From: Candidatus Doudnabacteria bacterium
GTDB taxonomy: Bacteria > Patescibacteriota > Doudnabacteria > UBA920 > O2-02-FULL-48-8
DNA: 34,996 nt
Assembly (NCBI GenBank): GCA_025450105.1
Contig: JANWIA010000034.1
Coordinates: forward strand, 1 to 34,996
Direction: 5' to 3'
Shown here one piece after another: positions 28,076 through 34,996 of this stretch (position 1 is its first letter; each line of letters starts with the position of its first letter). A program made the position numbers and the translations under genes. The notes below the pieces were generated by a model. That model saw nothing but the letters and a program-made list of their open reading frames with translations, searched no databases and was not told the DNA's origin.

Positions 28076-29596
28076 TCACTCAACTTTTGGCCTGTATTGA
28101 ATGGCTTCTGCAATATGTTCCGTTTTAATTTTCGGTTCTAAATTTAGATCGGCAATGGTTTTGCTGACCTTTAGTATCCGATGATATGATCGTGCCGATA
28201 AATTTAATTTAATCACAGCGTTCTTAATAAATTCCTCCTCCTTTTTACCCAGGATACAATGTTCACGAATTTCTCTTAGCCCCATTTCAGAATTTGTTTT
28301 GATGGATTCCTTTCCCATAAATCTTTTTGTTTGCTCGTCGCGGGCTTTTTGCACTCGATCTTGAATTTCTGCCGACGATTCTGATTGGGACAGTCCAGTT
28401 AATTTTTCATAATCGACCCGGCCGACCTCAACATGCAAATCGATGCGATCCAGGAGTGGACCAGAAATTTTCTTTTGGTATTTCATGACCTGGGCCGGAC
28501 TACAAATGCAAGATTTGCTTGGATCACTGAGATACCCGCAAGGACAAGGGTTTTGCGCCGCGACTAATGAAAACTTTGCCGGGAATACATAAGTTCCTGC
28601 TGCCCGAGCAACGGTGACAATACCGTCTTCTAATGGTTGGCGCAAATTTTCCAAAACTGATCGGGAAAATTCGGGAAACTCATCTAAGAATAGAACACCT
28701 CGATGCGCAAGGGATATTTCTCCGGGTTTTGGGTTTGATCCCCCACCGACTAACGCCACTCCCGATGTTGTGTGATGCGGATTTCGAAATGGGCGAACGG
28801 TAATCAAGTGGTTACCAAAGTTTAACAAACCAGCCACACTATAAATTTTGGTAATTTCCAAAACCTCATCCACGTTTAAACGAGGAAGAATGGATGGCAA
28901 GGCCTTGGCTAGTAAAGTTTTCCCGGATCCAGGCGGCCCAGACAATAAAACATTATGACCGCCTGCTGCGGCAATCTCTAATGCCCGCTTTGCAGTTTCC
29001 TGACCGCGGATCAGTTTCATGTCAAAATCGATTTTCGGCACACTTAATACTTTCTTCCAATCCGTTCGCGGAACTGGATCTAAATGTATCATGCCCTGAA
29101 GATATCCAATTAATTGCAGTAGGCTGTCGCAGGCAATGATTTTAACTCCCGTGACCAAGCCTGCTTCATTAATATTTCCTGACGGCACAAAAATTTCACT
29201 AAATCCCCTGTCCTTGGCCGTTAACAGAATTGGCAATATTCCAGCGACTGTCCGAATACTGCCATCCAGCGCCAATTCCCCCACAAACAGTTTCTTGGTC
29301 GGATCAAATTCTATTTGTCCGGAATTCAAAAGAATGGAAACAGAAATCGGCACATCAAAATGCGTTCCGTTTTTGGCAAAATCCGCCGGCGCCAAATTAA
29401 CCGAAACTTTGTTACGCGGAAAAATAGCATTCGAGTGTTTTATTGCCGCCTTCACCCTCTCTTTTGCTTCCTGAACGGCGGTATCTGGTAAGCCACCAAT
29501 TATGGTTTTTGGCAAACCTGGTGAAATATCAACCTCGACTTCCACCAATTCCGCATTTAACCCAACCACAGCGGCTGAATAAACCTTGGTCAGCAT
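28076..29596 (-). CDS. comM: YifB/ComM family Mg-chelatase-like AAA+ ATPase
   Basis: GLPDTAVQEAKERV, VNLAPAD, GPPGSGKT, PGEISLAHRGVLFLDE, NPCPCG. Confidence 0.96.
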   Translation of the reverse strand: MLTKVYSAAVVGLNAELVEVEVDISPGLPKTIIGGLPDTAVQEAKERVKAAIKHSNAIFPRNKVSVNLAPADFAKNGTHFDVPISVSILLNSGQIEFDPTKKLFVGELALDGSIRTVAGILPILLTAKDRGFSEIFVPSGNINEAGLVTGVKIIACDSLLQLIGYLQGMIHLDPVPRTDWKKVLSVPKIDFDMKLIRGQETAKRALEIAAAGGHNVLLSGPPGSGKTLLAKALPSILPRLNVDEVLEITKIYSVAGLLNFGNHLITVRPFRNPHHTTSGVALVGGGSNPKPGEISLAHRGVLFLDEFPEFSRSVLENLRQPLEDGIVTVARAAGTYVFPAKFSLVAAQNPCPCGYLSDPSKSCICSPAQVMKYQKKISGPLLDRIDLHVEVGRVDYEKLTGLSQSESSAEIQDRVQKARDEQTKRFMGKESIKTNSEMGLREIREHCILGKKEEEFIKNAVIKLNLSARSYHRILKVSKTIADLNLEPKIKTEHIAEAIQYRPKVE

Positions 29597-29830
29597 TTAT
29601 TTAATTGTCTCGACAAAACCAAAAACCTGGGACAAGGAACTCTTAAAATTTTCAATTTCTGATTCAAAAATCATTATATTTGCCCTTTGCTTTTCGCCAT
29701 TAGCCTTAACCGAAGCTTCAGAAATCCGAATATACGGCTTGTCGTCCTTGGTTTTTCTGACATCAAAGAAAAAATTCCTTCTGCCCGCGTTAAATTTTGT
29801 TGAAAACAATGGTGGTGTAATTTCCGCCAT
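29597..29830 (-). CDS. DUF3276/PUR-like ssDNA/RNA-binding protein
   Basis: FSTKFNAGRRNFFFDVRKTK..PYIRISE...IMIFESE..F pattern. Confidence 0.85.
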   Translation of the reverse strand: MAEITPPLFSTKFNAGRRNFFFDVRKTKDDKPYIRISEASVKANGEKQRANIMIFESEIENFKSSLSQVFGFVETIK

Positions 29831-30000
29831 AAAATCCTTTCTGGGATAATCCCAGCATTTAATGATAAGAAAATATTCTATAAACTAGAAAAAATCTTGT
29901 AAATACTCCTAGCTTGTGGGTAACTTTAGGGGCGTTGCTCAGATTGGGCAAAATAAAAAAGATCCCTAAGGATCTCATTTAAATCTGCTTGTTGAAAAAA

Positions 30001-30183
30001 TTAACGGGTGAACAGTAAACCGTTAAATCGGTCGTTTACAATTAACGGAACTCCGGAAAGCTGCTTTACTTCTTTGGCCAGGTTCTGGAGTCGGCAGTCG
30101 TGAGCCAGTCCATTTGTGCAATGGGCGCAAAGGCCACGGATCTGTTCTGCGATATTAAATTTTTGTTGTTCAAACTCTGACAT
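30001..30183 (-). CDS. Small Cys/His protein (CxxC...HxC), possible Zn binder
   Basis: 60 aa, starts 16 bp after the lexA stop, followed by a hairpin plus U-tract at about 29955-29975. Confidence 0.7.
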   Translation of the reverse strand: MSEFEQQKFNIAEQIRGLCAHCTNGLAHDCRLQNLAKEVKQLSGVPLIVNDRFNGLLFTR

Positions 30184-30199
30184 ATGTTTACAATTTAAT

Positions 30200-30814
30200 T
30201 TATTCCATTCTTCGGATCAGTCCTACGACCTTGCCTTGGACTGACCATTCGTGTTCCGGATAGATATTCGGATATTCTTTGTTTTCAGCTTTAAGAAAAA
30301 ATTTGCCGTCTTTTTTTACTAAACGCTTTACCGTAGCTTCGTCTTCCAGTAGCGCAACCACAATATCGTTTACTTCGGCAATCTTTTGTTGTTTAACAAG
30401 AACCAAGTCTCCATTCAAAATTCCGGCGTCTTTCATACTCATACCTTGGACTTTGAGCAGGAACATATCCTTGCGGCCTCTAATCAAACTTACAGGCAGC
30501 TGCAACCAATCTTCAATTTGCTCTTCGGCAAGCATTGGCATACCGGCTGTAATTCGTCCGAGCAGCGGGATATTGATCATGCCTCGGGTGAGCGGTTCCC
30601 CTTCTCCGGTTAATACTTCTATTCCGCGAGCTTTACCACTTTTGCGAACGTAACCCTTGGCTTCCAGTGCATTCAGCAACTTTGCAACAGCATTCTTAGA
30701 TTTAACTTTTAGCGCGGTGGCCATCTCCGAAACACTCGGCGGTAATCCATTATCTTGGATTTCACCAGACAAGTAATCGAGAAGTTTCTTTTGTTTAGGA
30801 GTTAGTTCGTTCAT
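30200..30814 (-). CDS. lexA: LexA SOS repressor
   Basis: LTPKQ...GLPPSVSEM HTH, AG cleavage site (TAGMP), GMSM catalytic Ser, ATVKR catalytic Lys. Confidence 0.96.
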   Translation of the reverse strand: MNELTPKQKKLLDYLSGEIQDNGLPPSVSEMATALKVKSKNAVAKLLNALEAKGYVRKSGKARGIEVLTGEGEPLTRGMINIPLLGRITAGMPMLAEEQIEDWLQLPVSLIRGRKDMFLLKVQGMSMKDAGILNGDLVLVKQQKIAEVNDIVVALLEDEATVKRLVKKDGKFFLKAENKEYPNIYPEHEWSVQGKVVGLIRRME

Positions 30815-30815
30815 A

Positions 30816-31130
30816 TCAGTCTTGTTTAAAATCTAATTGCTCATTCGGAATGTTTATGGATAATCCATATTTAATGGCCTCGACTTTGTCTGTAACCACC
30901 TTGTCCTTAAATACTACAAGCATTCCTTTTTCACTCCAAAAATTAGCGTACCATGGACCTTCTTTAATAAAATCTTTTAGTTCGGTTACTTGTTTTTTTG
31001 AGCCGATGACTTTGACTAAGTTCCAAGTATCATTTTCAGGACCAATTGTTTGAGTAGAAAGAACTTCAAACCGATCAAGTACTGCAATGTCAGATAAACT
31101 CTCTTTAACTATTACTCCTAAATATTTCAT
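30816..31130 (-). CDS. Hypothetical protein (104 aa) translationally adjacent to lexA
   Basis: Start reassigned to ATG 31130 (MKYLGVIVKESL...PWYANF...IPNEQLDF); the longer track ORF starts inside the promoter and crosses the hairpin region. Confidence 0.78.
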   Translation of the reverse strand: MKYLGVIVKESLSDIAVLDRFEVLSTQTIGPENDTWNLVKVIGSKKQVTELKDFIKEGPWYANFWSEKGMLVVFKDKVVTDKVEAIKYGLSINIPNEQLDFKQD

Positions 31131-31135
31131 AAATT

Positions 31136-31285
31136 TGGTAGGGTCCCCTCCGCCCTCCAGCAGGAGGGGTTGGAAGCTTCGCCCGGTCAGGACGACCGGG
31201 CGTCCGATCGAATGATCAGACGAAGGAACCAATAAGATTGGGGGCGGCTCCCAAACCCACCGATTCCTTCGTTTTGTTCTTCCGT
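31136..31285 (-). ncRNA. Candidate structured RNA/leader of the lexA operon
   Basis: Four consecutive hairpins between promoter and ATG; G-U pairs only on minus; ends in CCCUACCA. Confidence 0.6.
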
Positions 31286-31291
31286 ATAGAC

Positions 31292-31320
31292 ATAGTATAC
31301 GATCGTTCACCCAATGTCAA
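31292..31320 (-). promoter_or_regulatory. sigma70 promoter with imperfect palindrome (candidate LexA box)
   Basis: TTGACA-17 bp-TACTAT; GTGAAC-GATC-GTATAC at 31295-31310 overlaps the spacer and -10. Confidence 0.7.
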
Positions 31321-31448
31321 GAGCCCGTAATTCCAAAATAAAATAAGACCTCATCAGCCTTATCCACACCATCATCTTTTTTATTTTCTACTGAGGAACT
31401 TGCTAAACTAGACGACGAGATTTGGGGACTTTACAAACTTTCATCAAA

Positions 31449-31484
31449 TAAAAGTGGCACTTGCGCGGGATACGCAAGTGCCAT
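31449..31484 (-). terminator. Terminator-like hairpin
   Basis: TGGCACTTGCG/CGCAAGTGCCA 11-bp stem followed by TTTTATTT on minus. Confidence 0.7.
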
Positions 31485-31506
31485 TGCACCTTCTCAAAGT
31501 TAGGCG

Positions 31507-31815
31507 CTAACCTTCTTTGCAGCTGGAGGAGTTGAGGTATTCCTGGGCCTCTTCCAACTGTGTCTTGTAGTGATCGTAGAGGACGGAGTTTGGATCCAGA
31601 CCCGCCATTTCTCGCTCTGCGATCGCGGCGTCGGTTCGTGCGTCTTTGCAGTCGCACGCCTCTGCTCCCATGGTTGTGGGGAGGACGAAAAGGACGAGTG
31701 CAGCGGCGGCTGCTGGTGAAGCGGTGGATACGATTGGCAGTCTCGCCCCCACTGATCCAGCCAGCAACATGAGAGATACTGCCATGGCCCTCAGACGTGG
31801 TTTCTTTTCTTTCAC
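31507..31815 (-). CDS. Small orphan secreted/membrane protein
   Basis: SD AGAGG before GTG 31815; hydrophobic N-half ending AEA-C; own TTGACA promoter (31904-31909) and terminator. Confidence 0.65.
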   Translation of the reverse strand: MKEKKPRLRAMAVSLMLLAGSVGARLPIVSTASPAAAAALVLFVLPTTMGAEACDCKDARTDAAIAEREMAGLDPNSVLYDHYKTQLEEAQEYLNSSSCKEG

Positions 31816-31905
31816 AATTCCTCTTTTGTAGATCACCTAGCAGGTACGGTTGATCCGCTATGCAGGTGACTCTACAGAAAAAATACCACGCTCTTTGCTC
31901 GAGTG

Positions 31906-32574
31906 TCAATATTTCAGGATTTGACTTTTCTGACTTGGTGGACTGTAATATCTAGTCGCCTGACCGACAAAAAAGACCCAAGAAAACATTCCTTGGGTCT
32001 TTCGTGATTTAATTAGTTCTTCAATGACAGCTAATACTTCTGGAATCTCAATCGCGTCCTTTTTAGAAAAATGGCCTTTACCGGGAATGATAAATGTTTT
32101 AGCCCCAAGCTGTTGCCGATAAAGTTGTTCATTCAACAACGGCACGTAAGGATCGTTATCGGAAAAAAATGCGATAATCTGCGAGCAATTCTTTTTAATC
32201 TTTTCCGCATCCATTGGAACATTGGTCCATTGCATAGCGATGGAGCGGTCTTCTTCGGTTTCTAAAGATTTTTCTTCCAGGCTCATCCATCCCGCAACTA
32301 ATATTGCCGCCCCAACTTCCGAATTAATTTCCTGCAGATATCTTAAAATGGTTCGACAACCCATACTGTGCCCGACGAAAATCGTATCCTCGTCTGGACT
32401 AGTAATTACAGTTTTTAAATGTTTGACCCAATCCTCTAAAATTGGATGGTCGGGATTTGGCATGGCTGGAATCTCAATTTCAACGTCATGTACTTCCAGC
32501 TGATTCTTGAGCCAGACAAACCACGGCTCATTTGGACTGCCACCCCAACCATGAACAATAACAACTCGTTTCAT
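31906..32574 (-). CDS. RBBP9/YdeN family alpha/beta hydrolase
   Basis: IVHGWGG, GHSMG nucleophile elbow, SDNDPYVP, GHF. Confidence 0.93.
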   Translation of the reverse strand: MKRVVIVHGWGGSPNEPWFVWLKNQLEVHDVEIEIPAMPNPDHPILEDWVKHLKTVITSPDEDTIFVGHSMGCRTILRYLQEINSEVGAAILVAGWMSLEEKSLETEEDRSIAMQWTNVPMDAEKIKKNCSQIIAFFSDNDPYVPLLNEQLYRQQLGAKTFIIPGKGHFSKKDAIEIPEVLAVIEELIKSRKTQGMFSWVFFVGQATRYYSPPSQKSQILKY

Positions 32575-32583
32575 AAAATCTTT

Positions 32584-32660
32584 TGGTGGGCCAGGAAGGA
32601 CTCGAACCTTCGACCTAGTGTGTATAAGACACTTGCTCTAACCAACTGAGCTACTGGCCC
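32584..32660 (-). tRNA. tRNA-Ile(TAT)
   Basis: GGGCCAGTAGCTCAGTTGGTTAGAGCA AGTGT-CTTATAC-ACACT AGGTC GAAGG-TTCGAGT-CCTTC CTGGCCC ACCA; anticodon UAU, discriminator A. Confidence 0.94.
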
Positions 32661-32814
32661 GTATTATCATTAGGTTCTGTCTTATTATACAATTTACGGG
32701 CCAAACTTAAAAGCTTGGTCCGTGAGACAAAGGTTACCTTTGTCTCATTTTTCGAGCGCAAAAAAAGCCAAAAGCCGAAAGCCTTACTGACTTTCAGACT
32801 TAAGACTTTGAATT

Positions 32815-32943
32815 TTATCGACTAGAACTGCTATTCTTTCGTCGTCCTCGACCACGCGCCTGCCCCCCTAATTTACCAGCCCGGGCGTGTCCTGCTGTGT
32901 CACCAAACCATCCGCGGCCACTGCCGCTTGTACCTCGTGCCAT
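32815..32943 (-). CDS. 42-aa Gly/Arg-rich microprotein, KGG stress-motif-like
   Basis: Below the ORF track cutoff; strong SD GGGAGGTG; MARGTSGSGRGWFGDTAGHARAGKLGGQARGRGRRKNSSSSR. Confidence 0.8.
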   Translation of the reverse strand: MARGTSGSGRGWFGDTAGHARAGKLGGQARGRGRRKNSSSSR

Positions 32944-33047
32944 AAATAACACCTCCCTTCTTCCTTATGCCTTCTTTGAAAAAGACTAAGGAATAATACA
33001 TTATTATGGTAACCCTTAATAAAACTTTGGTCATCGCACATAAGACC

Positions 33048-33077
33048 CAAAAAAATCCGCAGACGCGGATTATTTTT
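33048..33077 (-). terminator. Terminator after lspA
   Basis: AATCCGC-AGAC-GCGGATT with A-tract on the left. Confidence 0.75.
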
Positions 33078-33099
33078 GTATTATCAATTGATCTTTCCA

Positions 33100-33537
33100 C
33101 TACTTATTGCTTAATGACGACTTTAATCGCGGATTAAGCGAAACCAACAAAATTCCGAGCACTATATAAACATCAGCAAAATTAAAAACAAATCCCCAAC
33201 CGATATCAAAAAGGTCGCGGACATAACCATATATAATGCGGTCAAGAATGTTTGATGCCGCCCCGGCAAAAATTAATATGAATCCAAAATTTTCTGTGCG
33301 GCTTAGCGAGCCGTGATTTGAATAATAATATTTAATGAGTATCGCTAAAACCAATGCCGCGATTATGAAGCTGACCCAGGAACGCGATTGGATGCCAAAC
33401 GGCAAACCAAAATTTTTGACCAAGGAAATCGCAATCAGTCCACAGAAAAAATCACGAGTGCTAAGTATCGCCTTCGTGATTTGATCAACGACCATTAAAG
33501 AAACTAAAAAGTTTAAATTGGAAATGTATCGTTTCAT
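33100..33537 (-). CDS. lspA: Lipoprotein signal peptidase (SPase II)
   Basis: DQITK, NFGLPFG, GAASNILDR..GYVRD, VFNFAD. Confidence 0.9.
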   Translation of the reverse strand: MKRYISNLNFLVSLMVVDQITKAILSTRDFFCGLIAISLVKNFGLPFGIQSRSWVSFIIAALVLAILIKYYYSNHGSLSRTENFGFILIFAGAASNILDRIIYGYVRDLFDIGWGFVFNFADVYIVLGILLVSLNPRLKSSLSNK

Positions 33538-33545
33538 TTTAAATT

Positions 33546-33902
33546 TTATTGCGCGTGGGTTTTACAGGTGCGGGCTTCCGGTAATGCGCGCAAACGATCT
33601 TCTTCGATCTCATCGCCCATCTCGCAGACACCGTAAGTTCCATTCTCAATTTTTTTCAATGCCGCTTCGATGTTCATGAGCTTGTCTTCCAAGTCTTGTG
33701 TCACTGCCAAGTTGCTGGCGTACTGTTCGACTTCAGAAGCGTTCTCCCCTTCTTCGCGTCCGACTTCCGGAAAATCCGGTTTGTACTCGCCGGGAAATTC
33801 TCCCTTGCCGTCTAATTTTCCTTCGTGGCCCAAAACAGTTCGGATGCGCTTGGCTTCGTCCAACAATTTTTTCTTATTCTCTTCTGCTAATTTTTGGTTC
33901 AT
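33546..33902 (-). CDS. DksA/TraR family protein
   Basis: IEAALKKIENGTYGVCE..EIEEDRLRALPEARTC..H; own promoter TTGGCA-17-TATACT at 33926-33954. Confidence 0.9.
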   Translation of the reverse strand: MNQKLAEENKKKLLDEAKRIRTVLGHEGKLDGKGEFPGEYKPDFPEVGREEGENASEVEQYASNLAVTQDLEDKLMNIEAALKKIENGTYGVCEMGDEIEEDRLRALPEARTCKTHAQ

Positions 33903-33967
33903 AAAAATAGGTTACTGACAAAAGTAGTATAGCAACATCTGCGGCCCGTGCCAAGATTTTGCAAAAT

Positions 33968-33989
33968 AAAAAAAGAGCCTACTGCTCTT
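33968..33989 (-). terminator. Intrinsic terminator closing the non-coding transcript
   Basis: AAGAGC-AGTAG-GCTCTT followed by a T-tract on minus. Confidence 0.75.
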
Positions 33990-34454
33990 GGATTTAAAAA
34001 TAGAGTGTGGGCGGATGATACCGCTCTTATATAAAAAATATGTAGCGTCATCCGCCCAACTAACGACTTCCACGAAGTCGATCTTCGTTCGCAGGATTGG
34101 GAGGCCTACTAATACTTTAAAAATTTTGTTTAAAGCGTAAGTCGCCCAAGCCTGGAACAAAGGTCGGCATTCTTTTGTGAAAACCGTTTGTACTTATATA
34201 TCTAATCACTTTATAAGTGTAAGAATGTTCATCACTGTTCTTACGGTTTTTTAGACCTAACAAATTTTTGATGTTTTTATTTTTGTTTTATTTTTATTTT
34301 TAAAACTTTTTGATTTTTGTTTTACAAGCAGCTGGATTAGAACAGCTATGACGAATAGTGAAGAACGGAAATTGGTTAAAGAGGTCTTTCACCCCTAACC
34401 GCCCCGCGCTATATCTATTGTTGAGGTCTAAATGTATTTCGTTTTTAATGTTCT
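33968..34454 (-). ncRNA. Candidate large structured ncRNA (about 490 nt), family not recognised
   Basis: Perfect promoter, terminator, no credible ORF, many local and long-range helices. Confidence 0.6.
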
Positions 34455-34460
34455 GTAGAC

Positions 34461-34489
34461 ATTATAGCAAAAAAAACCGGCCCTGTCAA
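34461..34489 (-). promoter_or_regulatory. Consensus sigma70 promoter
   Basis: TTGACA-17 bp-TATAAT with extended TG. Confidence 0.88.
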
Positions 34490-34675
34490 TGATTCTGCTG
34501 TATTATTGACCAAAAATCAAGGCGGCCGATCCAAGTATTTTTTAAATTCCCAAATGAAAAATAATATTTCTCGAGGCAATAAAAAAATTCGGCTCTAAAA
34601 AATTATTTGAGTCGAACTTTTTTATTTTTTCCTAAATTGATCCGAGGTTTTGCCAAATCTGTTAAGCAATTCCCG

Positions 34676-34996
34676 TTACTCGCCTGTGCTTAGCACTAAA
34701 TCCGTTTCCTTGGCCTTGGCCCGGATTTGTTTTTCAATTTCTGTGCATAACTTGGAGTTGTCCCCAAGGAAAGTCTTGGCTGCTTCCCGTCCCACGCCAA
34801 GCTTGGTCTCACCAAAGCTAAAGGTGTTGCCCGACTTGGTGATGACCTGGAACTTGGTTCCGGTGTCGAGCAGATCCGAAGTGTAGGAGATGCCACCTTC
34901 GCTAAACATGATGTCGAACTCTGTGGTCTTGAACGGCGCCGCAACTTTATTCTTTACAATTTTTGCTTTGACGCGGTTACCAATGATTGCTTCGCC
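34676..34996 (-). CDS. recA: Recombinase A, C-terminal fragment (truncated by window)
   Basis: GEAIIGNRVKAKIVKNKVAAPFKTTEFDIMFSEGG...KSGNTFSFGETKLGVGREAAK. Confidence 0.96.
   Translation of the reverse strand, partial: GEAIIGNRVKAKIVKNKVAAPFKTTEFDIMFSEGGISYTSDLLDTGTKFQVITKSGNTFSFGETKLGVGREAAKTFLGDNSKLCTEIEKQIRAKAKETDLVLSTGE

Noticed and set aside
31403-31909. 168-aa minus ORF overlapping the orphan gene
   Set aside because: Starts in the -35 box, runs through the terminator and is Arg-rich like an off-frame translation.
32723-32752. Perfect 11-bp hairpin with T-tract on the plus strand
   Set aside because: Real inverted repeat, but no plus-strand gene to terminate and no further evidence for function.
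33912-34160. 82-aa ORF in the non-coding region
   Set aside because: TTG start without SD, crosses a terminator and the dksA promoter, no family resemblance.
34118-34200. tmRNA-like resume context (ATAAGT ACA AAC...) suggesting ssrA
   Set aside because: No tRNA-like 5'/3' domains, no T-loop or CCA, and the peptide lacks an Ala-rich tag end.
34405-34430. CCTCAAC...AGATATAG resembling group I intron R/S elements
   Set aside because: No P7 pairing partner and no interrupted host gene.

Overview
Bacterial chromosome segment, about 42% GC by eye and coded mostly on the minus strand. Gene content points to Patescibacteria/CPR (inference): an array of VirB2/TrbC-like pilins, a giant secreted protein behind a small HTH gene, a short SMC, and no rimM in the S16-trmD-L19 block. 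Housekeeping genes are clpP, nusA, yraN, ymdB, rny, sodA, rplS, an RluA/RluD synthase, trmD, khpA, rpsP, smc, rnc, ftsH, galU, comM, lexA, lspA, a DksA/TraR-like gene and the 3' end of recA. There are three tRNAs: Val-GAC, Leu-TAG and an unusual Ile-TAT. A GC-rich plus-strand block of five orphan membrane/secreted genes sits between tRNA-Leu and the pilin array. The strongest novelty candidates are non-coding. One is a stand-alone, ORF-free, helix-rich transcript of about 490 nt downstream of recA, with a perfect sigma70 promoter and its own terminator. The other is a GC-rich four-hairpin RNA of about 150 nt ending in ACCA at the head of the lexA operon. All structures, counts and family calls were made by eye, with no folding or database search.
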